In this document: one piece after another, positions 57,611 through 64,000 of the stretch
Position numbering within the stretch: the stretch's first letter is position 1
Layout of the letters: every line of letters begins with the position of its first letter
NCBI GenBank assembly: GCA_964453135.1
Contig: CAYVOL010000001.1
Coordinates: forward strand, 24,895-88,894
Direction: 5' to 3'
DNA length: 64,000 nt
Source of the DNA: an uncultured Candidatus Saccharibacteria bacterium
GTDB lineage: Bacteria > Patescibacteriota > Minisyncoccia > UBA6257 > UBA9933
Program-made: the position numbers and the translations under genes
The notes under the pieces: generated by a model
The model's input: only the letters and a program-made list of their open reading frames with translations
The model's database searches: none
Told to the model about the DNA's origin: nothing

Positions 57611-60142
57611 TTAATTTACAAATTTCAACTCGTTATTTTCCGCCTCCACCCGTACGCTGTCTCCTTTTTTAATTTCTTCGCGCAAAATTTTTTCCGCCAA
57701 AGGACTTTTTATTTTTTCAGAGATGGCGTTTCGTAAAGGACGGGCGCCGAAAACCGGGTCATAGCCTACATTAGCCAGATATTGAATGGAGCTTTCTGAA
57801 AATTCCAGTTTTATTTCCTGATTTTCCAGCAAAGCGGAAGATAATTTTTTCAATTGAATCTCAGTAATTCTCAAAATATCGTTTTGAGACAAATCTCTAA
57901 AAATAATAACATCGGAAAAGCGGTTAAGCAACTCGGGTTTGAAGAATGAAGACAATTTTTTCTTGAATTCTTCTTTAATGTCCACCACTGATTTTCCTTG
58001 CGCCAAAGATTCCTTGATGTAATCGGAGTTGGCGTTGGAGGTGGCAATGATGATGGTGTTTTTGAAGTCCACCGTGCGGCCTAAATTGTCCGTCAAGCGG
58101 CCGTCGTCAAAAACCTGCAAGAACAAATTCAAAACATCGCTGGAGGCTTTTTCAAACTCGTCCAGTAAAATCAAACAATACGGCTTTTGAATGACCGCCT
58201 CGGTCAAACTGCCGAAAATTTTCCCGTCCGGCGAGCCGATAAAACGAATGATGCTCTGCTTGTCCTGGTATTCGGACATATCAAAGCGAACCATCTCCTT
58301 TTCCGATCCGAATTGCGTCTGCGCAAGGATTTTCGCCAGCTCAGTTTTCCCCACACCAGTGGGCCCCACAAACAGAAAAGAAGCAATGGGCCCGGAAGAA
58401 CGGCTCAATCCGCTGCGGTATTCCCGTAAAGATCGGGAAACCGCTTTAACCGCGTCTTCCTGATCAACAAGATTTTGATGGATGATATTTTCCAGATTAA
58501 GAAGATTTTCCGCTTCTTCTTTGGTGGCGCGGTGAATGGGAACATTGACTTTACGCTCGCAAATTTTTATCACCGTTTCTTTGGTTAATACTTTATCACC
58601 CTGCTGATGAACATTCATCAAAGACTCCTGGAGTATATCCAGGGCGCTCGCGGGAAGTTTTTTCTGCGAAAAATAGCGATGCGCCAAAATCACGGCTTCT
58701 TTGATGGCGGAAAAACTGATAACTATCTCGTATTCTTTTTCCAAAATTACCGATTGATAAGTAAGAATTCTGAAGGCGTCGTCTTCGGAAATTTCATTGA
58801 CAATTATTTTCCCAAAAACATCGCTAAAATCCGCCCGTCCCTCAATGCTTTCTTTGTATTCTTGGGGATAAGTGCTGCCGATAACCTGGATGTTATAACT
58901 TTTTATGATGGGCATAAAAGAATCCGCCGCGTTAAGATAAGCCGCGCCGGAAGTCTTGGTAAGATAGTGAATATCAGGAATATACAGCACGATATTTTTG
59001 GAAGACAAAATTTCGTCTGCCACCTCGGCGATTCTTTGAGAAATCTCTTCGGGTGAAGCGCCGGCAATCAGATTTCCGATGCTTAATTCCACCACTCTTT
59101 TATCAAAAAGCGGCGAAGGGACTTTATCTTTGAGGATATTAAAAGCCAGATGTTCCACTAAAGTTTTTTTTCCGCTGCCCGGTTCGCCTACTAAAATTAC
59201 GTTTGGATTGGCCGGACGGGAAAGAATTTCCGTCATTTCCCCATACTCTTTTTCGTGGCCGATTAGAAAACCGGCCCCTCCGCTATAAACCAAATCGGTT
59301 AAGTCAACGCTGAATCTGTCCAGCAGAGGCGTGGGCTGGCTGGTCCAAGCGCGGTTAATGCGGCGGCGGCGAACTCTATGAGAATGAAAGGCGAAGCCGG
59401 CTAAAGTTTTGGGAATTCTCCAAAAAATACTTCCCAAATCATGGCGCTGGAAATGAGAAAAAATCATCGCCTTGGTCAAGTCGCCGCTGTCAACGGAGAA
59501 AATTTTAAAAATCTTATCAACCTCCTTATCCTCGGAAAAACTCAAGGCGCTGAAGAAATCATCCCGGCCGATGTCAGGCATTTGATTAGAGTAAGCGATA
59601 AAAAACGCCTGACTGGCCAGCAATTTCGTTTTCTCCAAAAGCGCCTCTTTGGTTTCATTTTTCAGATTTTTAGCCAAAACAATCTCTTCGTCAATTTTGC
59701 TTTCTATCTCCTCGGGGGAGACTTCCAAATGGCGCAAACCGCCGCGGATGCCCTTGTCTTTGATCAAAACTTTCAGGAAATGAAGATAAAAATTGCCGCC
59801 CGCGGACAAAGTTTTGTCAAAGGATTTTTCTAAAAGCCGGAATCCTTGAGGCTCCAAATAATCCGCTCCGTTAACGCCGGCGAAAGAATGATTTTCCAGT
59901 TCGGAAAAAGAATGAACCGGCCTATTGAGGGAAAACAGCCGATCCGCCAGAAATAAAAGAGACAGAATTCCCAACCATCTCATCCCGTCGATGTCGTTGC
60001 GGAAAATAAACAAAACGGCGCCGATGAAGAATATGGCGTAAAAAGAAAAATAAATAACGCGCCAAAGAAAACGGTTAAAAGAAGAAAATTCCAGGCGCGG
60101 CTCGGAAAAAATAATTTGTTCTGCGGCGGAATTATTCATCAT
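57611..60142 (-). CDS. Membrane-anchored Clp/Hsp100-family AAA+ ATPase with two nucleotide-binding domains (Clp_N replaced by two TM helices)
   Basis: Walker A-1 GEPGSGKKTL. Walker A-2 GPTGVGKTELAK. Walker B LLDEFEKA. N-terminal hydrophobic helices FLWRVIYFSFYAIFFIGAVLFIF and WLGILSLLFLADRLF. No IGF/IGL ClpP-docking tripeptide seen. Confidence 0.75.
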   Translation of the reverse strand: MMNNSAAEQIIFSEPRLEFSSFNRFLWRVIYFSFYAIFFIGAVLFIFRNDIDGMRWLGILSLLFLADRLFSLNRPVHSFSELENHSFAGVNGADYLEPQGFRLLEKSFDKTLSAGGNFYLHFLKVLIKDKGIRGGLRHLEVSPEEIESKIDEEIVLAKNLKNETKEALLEKTKLLASQAFFIAYSNQMPDIGRDDFFSALSFSEDKEVDKIFKIFSVDSGDLTKAMIFSHFQRHDLGSIFWRIPKTLAGFAFHSHRVRRRRINRAWTSQPTPLLDRFSVDLTDLVYSGGAGFLIGHEKEYGEMTEILSRPANPNVILVGEPGSGKKTLVEHLAFNILKDKVPSPLFDKRVVELSIGNLIAGASPEEISQRIAEVADEILSSKNIVLYIPDIHYLTKTSGAAYLNAADSFMPIIKSYNIQVIGSTYPQEYKESIEGRADFSDVFGKIIVNEISEDDAFRILTYQSVILEKEYEIVISFSAIKEAVILAHRYFSQKKLPASALDILQESLMNVHQQGDKVLTKETVIKICERKVNVPIHRATKEEAENLLNLENIIHQNLVDQEDAVKAVSRSLREYRSGLSRSSGPIASFLFVGPTGVGKTELAKILAQTQFGSEKEMVRFDMSEYQDKQSIIRFIGSPDGKIFGSLTEAVIQKPYCLILLDEFEKASSDVLNLFLQVFDDGRLTDNLGRTVDFKNTIIIATSNANSDYIKESLAQGKSVVDIKEEFKKKLSSFFKPELLNRFSDVIIFRDLSQNDILRITEIQLKKLSSALLENQEIKLEFSESSIQYLANVGYDPVFGARPLRNAISEKIKSPLAEKILREEIKKGDSVRVEAENNELKFVN

Positions 60143-60495
60143 AACAATTTATTGTGATTGACCGCTTTAAGAACCAGAAATAAAGGAACAGCGGCCCAGA
60201 TAAGATAAACAACAACGGCCGCGAAAATGATACAAAAATAAATTGAGGCGCCGATTACAATGCGCAAAGTCCTGAAAATAAATCCAAAAATATAACCGCT
60301 GATGGTGCGATCCTGATAAAGCGGCTCCAGCCAATGTTCCAATGTTATTTTCAGAGCAAAGACGCGGTCAAGACGTTCTAAAAAAGAAATAACCTTGTGG
60401 CTGTAAAACTTAAAAAAATCCACGTACCAATGGCGGATAAACTCGGCGATGCGGAAGACGAAACGGTTGAAAGCGTAAATAATCAATTTATCCAT
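60139..60495 (-). CDS. Small membrane protein translationally coupled (ATGA overlap) to the Clp ATPase gene
   Basis: 118 aa, C-terminal TM helices. Confidence 0.4.
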   Translation of the reverse strand: MDKLIIYAFNRFVFRIAEFIRHWYVDFFKFYSHKVISFLERLDRVFALKITLEHWLEPLYQDRTISGYIFGFIFRTLRIVIGASIYFCIIFAAVVVYLIWAAVPLFLVLKAVNHNKLL

Positions 60496-60544
60496 TTTAA
60501 TTTATTTTACCCTTCTTCGCGCGGCAAATAAAGCCCTTTGGACA

Positions 60545-60584
60545 GAATATAAAACCCCCCGCCATGGCGGGGGGTTTTATATTC
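60545..60584. terminator. Hairpin terminator
   Basis: gaatataaaaccccccgccatggcggggggttttatattc. Confidence 0.65.
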
Positions 60585-60605
60585 TGTAAATTCTCTTAAA
60601 GCAAA

Positions 60606-61289
60606 CTATTCGGTCTCTTGTTTGAGCTTATTAATCAAGCTGGCAGCGTAATCCTTGCCCGCCAAACCAAAAGCCAAACCGCCGGCCAAAGCCAACATTG
60701 CCACTATTCCGGTAACGATCGCGTTAAGGATATAAGGGACAATGCCGAATTGTTCCAAAGCGGAAACAAAACCGAAAAAGAAAATAGACCACCAGATAAA
60801 AGTTCCTAAAAATTTAGGAGCGTGAAGTTGAGCGCTGGCAACCGAGGCGGTGATTGTCGTCTTGGCGAATTTCGCCACAGCGAGCGTCGCCACCATTATC
60901 AAAGCGGCTATCGCAAATCTGGGAATATAAGACAACACATCTTCTCTTAAAAAGTCAGAGAATTTTTCCAACCCCACAACATCGGAGGCGGCCAAAAGAA
61001 AAACAACCACGGTAAACCAATAAACTATCCGTCCCAAAAAATGGCCGGAGTTCAATTTGATTCCGCCGCGGGAAGTATATTCTTCCACGCCAAGCTTCTT
61101 TAAAAGCGAATCAATCTTCAGCCCGCGCACCACCTGGTCTACAATCGCTCCCAAAGCCGCCGCCACAATCAACCCGATAATCAAAACTATCAAGGCTCCG
61201 ATAAATTTCGGGATAAACATCACTGTGCCGAACCAGGCGCTGCCGAATGCCGAATAAAGCGCGCCGATCAAAGACTGAATGTATTCCAT
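60606..61289 (-). CDS. Polytopic membrane protein with conserved-TM-helix repeats (MscS N-terminal-like)
   Basis: Repeated about 30-aa hydrophobic units with K/R spacers. Confidence 0.4.
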   Translation of the reverse strand: MEYIQSLIGALYSAFGSAWFGTVMFIPKFIGALIVLIIGLIVAAALGAIVDQVVRGLKIDSLLKKLGVEEYTSRGGIKLNSGHFLGRIVYWFTVVVFLLAASDVVGLEKFSDFLREDVLSYIPRFAIAALIMVATLAVAKFAKTTITASVASAQLHAPKFLGTFIWWSIFFFGFVSALEQFGIVPYILNAIVTGIVAMLALAGGLAFGLAGKDYAASLINKLKQETE

Positions 61290-61494
61290 ATTTTCTCTAT
61301 TGTGTTATTCGCGCTGAAAAAAATCAGCGTTTCGACCTTTTAATCAGTTGTCCAGGACGTTCAACAATGCAAACGCCCTTTCAATATTTAATTATAAACA
61401 GAGCATCGGGAAAAAGAAAGGGCAGTTATCAACATTGGGAGTTAGAAATGCTTGTTATAAGTTATTCGCTGCAAACCGCGCATTATAAAATTTT

Positions 61495-61971
61495 TTATTG
61501 TATTTCCGCCAGGTCGCCTATCTGCAAACCATATTTTTCGCGCAGACCGGCATTAACCTCCAAAACATATTGAGCAGGAGAACGGGAAACGTAGGAAGGG
61601 CAAAAAAGCGCGTCCGGGCAAGGCGCGAAGTTTTCTTTGAAATCAACGATTTTTTTGTCCCGCGAAATAAAAATCAGATCAAGGGGAATGAGCGTGTTTT
61701 TCATCCAAAAAGAACGGGGCGCTTCATCGGGAAAAATAAAAAGCATTCCCTTGTCTTCATCTAAAAATTTTTCAAACATCAATCCTTTAGCCCAGCGATA
61801 AGGGTCGGCCGCTATATCTATTTTAATTTCCAGATTTTTTTCGGGAAATTTTATCAGGCGGGCATTTTTTTTGCGGAGAAAGAAATCGGGATGCATAAAA
61901 TAAAAAATCGTAAACATCAGGACAGCTCCGGCAATAATCAGCCCATGCCAAAAAAATTTTTTTAGTTTCAT
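61495..61971 (-). CDS. DUF192 (COG1430) family protein with an N-terminal anchor
   Basis: GLMF...LFIFP...WMKNTLIPLDLIFI...VLEVNAG pattern. Confidence 0.6.
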   Translation of the reverse strand: MKLKKFFWHGLIIAGAVLMFTIFYFMHPDFFLRKKNARLIKFPEKNLEIKIDIAADPYRWAKGLMFEKFLDEDKGMLFIFPDEAPRSFWMKNTLIPLDLIFISRDKKIVDFKENFAPCPDALFCPSYVSRSPAQYVLEVNAGLREKYGLQIGDLAEIQ

Positions 61972-62039
61972 AACATAGTATAAAGGCTGCCTCTGCGAGA
62001 GACAGCCTTGGAATAGGTTGATGGAAATTTACAAAAAAC

Positions 62040-62300
62040 TCACAGGAGCAAGAGGGTAAAGCGGGCGCGATGCATACTGGATGCTTGAATCTTAGCCCGC
62101 GCTTCGGGGTTTTCCCTACAAGGAGAGCAGTACTCGCCTTTGTTGCCGCGGCGCAAGAAAGCGCCACACCCGCGACAACGTTTTTTCTCGCACTCTTCTT
62201 CGCAGGGAGCTACCGAATTGAAAACCAGGCGGTTGCTGAACAAATCCGGCGTGTAAGTAGGCCACTGCCTGTGAACGCTCTTGACCCTTATCGCGTCCAT
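62040..62300 (-). CDS. Small Cys-rich (zinc-ribbon-like) protein in a GC-rich patch
   Basis: SD ggagggg before the ATG. CEEECEKKRCRGCG...CSPC. Confidence 0.35.
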   Translation of the reverse strand: MDAIRVKSVHRQWPTYTPDLFSNRLVFNSVAPCEEECEKKRCRGCGAFLRRGNKGEYCSPCRENPEARAKIQASSMHRARFTLLLL

Positions 62301-62439
62301 CTCTCCCCTCCATGATTTCTCCGTGATTTCGGAGATTAATATTTACGGCTTATCTTCGCCGCCAAAACGGAGAAGCCAAGCCGCCCGCACTTTTTAAAAT
62401 TTACCTAATATCTACAATGCTGTCAATAGTTATCCGCAA

Positions 62440-62471
62440 AGAAAACTCCCCCGCTAAGCGGGGGAGTTTTC
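62440..62471. terminator. Hairpin terminator (same gctaagc loop as 54206-54236)
   Basis: gaaaactcccccgctaagcgggggagttttc. Confidence 0.65.
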
Positions 62472-62501
62472 TTGTTCAATCTTTTGACTTCTGTGGCTAA
62501 C

Positions 62502-63107
62502 CTATAATATCTCTGCCTTGGCGGATTTAACGCCGAATAGTTTGGCTTGATTGGCGTCAGGCAACCAAATATCTATTCTCTCTTCCGCGTCGTAGCGGGC
62601 GCTCATCGTATCTTCCACCACAAAAATTCTGTTTCCGAAAAGCGCCGGCAGTTTTATTTTAGAACCCATTGGCAGAAAACTGCTGGCAACTACGCCATTT
62701 CTTGTGTAACTGCCTGATGCGGTTATAAAAGGCGTGCTGTCAGTTTCTTCCTTGCGGCTGGTGTAAGCGGTAACCGTCACGTCCATAACTTCGGGCCGCA
62801 AAGCGCTATGGTTAACCTGAGGAAGGATAGTTTGGGACAATAATTCCCCTTCCGGTATTAAAACTCCTCTTTTTGACGAATCGTCTCCGGAAAAAGAAGA
62901 ATTTAGCTGGCTAAAACCAGTAGCCAAGGATAATTCCTTAATGGCAAAGAGCAAGTTAATACTTAACAAAAACGCTATGATCAGGAAGCGTTTATTACTG
63001 TTATCATCCATGTTAAACAACGGCTGATAAACCGATTTTACGCTTTGTTTATGCGGCTTTTCCGACCAAAAACCGCTCCTGCCCGCCATTGATAAAAACG
63101 CGGGCAA
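62502..63107 (-). CDS. 3D-domain (MltA/YuiC-like) cell-wall protein with signal anchor
   Basis: VTVTAYTS...VAS..LP.GSKIKLP..FG..IFVVEDTM..R....RIDIW. Met at 63011 (MDDNSNKRFLIIAFLL) is an alternative start. Confidence 0.6.
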   Translation of the reverse strand: MPAFLSMAGRSGFWSEKPHKQSVKSVYQPLFNMDDNSNKRFLIIAFLLSINLLFAIKELSLATGFSQLNSSFSGDDSSKRGVLIPEGELLSQTILPQVNHSALRPEVMDVTVTAYTSRKEETDSTPFITASGSYTRNGVVASSFLPMGSKIKLPALFGNRIFVVEDTMSARYDAEERIDIWLPDANQAKLFGVKSAKAEIL

Positions 63108-63302
63108 TTAAATATCCCCTCTCGGGGATTATAGAGATATTCTACTCTTTGACAGACAAAAGTCAAGAAAGTTATCCACAGAGCAGTTTTCGGCTTTTGG
63201 CCGTCAGGCCAGACGAATATCAGCCTCCTCCCGCATAAACGGTAAATGCAGATAGCTAGATAACTATTGCGGAAAAAATCATTAGATAAACAAGGCGATG
63301 TT

Positions 63303-63311
63303 TGGTATAAT
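63303..63311 (+). promoter_or_regulatory. Extended -10 promoter element TGgTATAAT
   Basis: tttggtataatc, 44 nt upstream of ATG 63355. Confidence 0.4.
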
Positions 63312-63354
63312 CAAAAATAATTTTGAAGTAATTTTGCGGAAAACCTGAAAATTT

Positions 63355-64000
63355 ATGCGCTACCGAAGGCAAATTTTTTATCTTTTTCTTTTCCTATTCC
63401 CAATAATAGGCGCGCTGACAACCGCTTATTCGCTGGGCTGGAGAATTAACTGGGACACCTGGAAAATTGAAAAAGTGGGTGGAATTTCCATCAAAACTTC
63501 TCCGCGCGACGTGGTGATAAAGATAAATAATGAAATTTATCCCGATAAATCGGGATTTTTGCAAAGCGAAACAGTTATCACCAACCTCCTGCCTAAAACT
63601 TATCACGTTCAAATATCCAAAGAGGGGTATTATCCGTATTACAAAGAATTGAAAGTAGATCCTGGAATGGTAAGCGGCCTATTGTCTGTCTGGCTGATAC
63701 CGGAGAAAATAAAATTCCAGGAAGTAGTCAAAACGCGAGGAGAAAAAATAGCGGATATTTCGCCAGACGGCTCAAGGTTTATCACTTATAACGCCGCCAA
63801 GAATATTTTTTATTTATATTCAACAGACTCTCCGGAACAAACAACCAATTTAACCGCTCTCCTCGGCAATGTTAAAAAATTGCCTTCGCTTAAAAAAATA
63901 GTGTTTGTTCCAAACCAGCCGGATAATTTTCTTTTTGAGGATGGAAAGTTTTTGAAAATCTACAGCAATGAAGATAAAAAAATAGATGTTATTAATTCCG
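63355..64000 (+). CDS. Membrane-anchored PEGA-like / beta-propeller-like protein (partial, runs off the window)
   Basis: Open frame from ATG 63355 with no stop to 64000. TM FYLFLFLFPIIGALTTAY. PEGA-like IKTSPRDVVIKINNEIY...TYHVQISKEGYYPY. Absent from the ORF track because it is incomplete. Confidence 0.5.
   Translation, partial: MRYRRQIFYLFLFLFPIIGALTTAYSLGWRINWDTWKIEKVGGISIKTSPRDVVIKINNEIYPDKSGFLQSETVITNLLPKTYHVQISKEGYYPYYKELKVDPGMVSGLLSVWLIPEKIKFQEVVKTRGEKIADISPDGSRFITYNAAKNIFYLYSTDSPEQTTNLTALLGNVKKLPSLKKIVFVPNQPDNFLFEDGKFLKIYSNEDKKIDVINS

Noticed and set aside
62000-62340. GC-rich patch as RNase P RNA, SRP RNA or tmRNA
   Set aside because: No GGAAAGUCCGGGCUCC-type P4 motif, no SRP domain IV GNRA tetraloop pattern, no tRNA-like ends or tag reading frame. 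A translatable SD-preceded ORF explains it better. A covariance search would be decisive.
63394-63612. 72-aa minus-strand ORF
   Set aside because: It lies inside the longer plus-strand PEGA-like ORF, which has a promoter and a TM anchor.

Overview
This window looks like a genome fragment from a small-celled, probably CPR/Patescibacteria-like bacterium (inference). Coding density is high, genes are short, ~45% GC and mostly lack Shine-Dalgarno sequences, TTG/GTG starts are frequent, and transketolase appears split. Readable housekeeping genes include the grpE-dnaK-dnaJ cluster, rny, hup, pcm, proS, trxB, rnhA, pgk, fba, ychF, rpsI-rplM, metG, trmD, trpS, rnj, dprA-topA, rpmB, an Hsp20, a Clp/Hsp100 ATPase, three tRNAs, and others. 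Four things stand out beyond that. (1) A dense family of miniature inverted-repeat elements (MITEs), about 10 copies in 64 kb: a bipartite GC-hairpin core (gtcatcctgag-hairpin-gaaggatctc ... ccgccagctggcgg ... ttcagaatgaca) plus, in the full copies, ~45-nt terminal inverted repeats (taatttgtaagatttcatagcgttgtttacg...). They sit between genes, including inside the dnaK operon, and one core is fused in frame into topA together with an 18-bp tandem array encoding a His-rich hexapeptide repeat. (2) Several GC-richer islands of genes with no recognisable homologs (ORFans) that carry canonical SD sequences and hairpin terminators, unlike the native genes. The clearest is a five-gene cassette at 49.5-51.9 kb with a consensus sigma70 promoter, bracketed by the two halves of a MITE-like element. 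(3) A surface and cell-wall set: a Gly-rich tail-fibre-like repeat protein, a collagen-like protein, and an SPFH operon with two paralogous MltB-like lytic transglycosylases, one fused to a long coiled coil. (4) A sensor cluster on one strand with no response regulator nearby: HAMP sensor, hemerythrin, flavodiiron-like ODP protein, PAS histidine kinase. No CRISPR array, cas genes or rRNA were seen.
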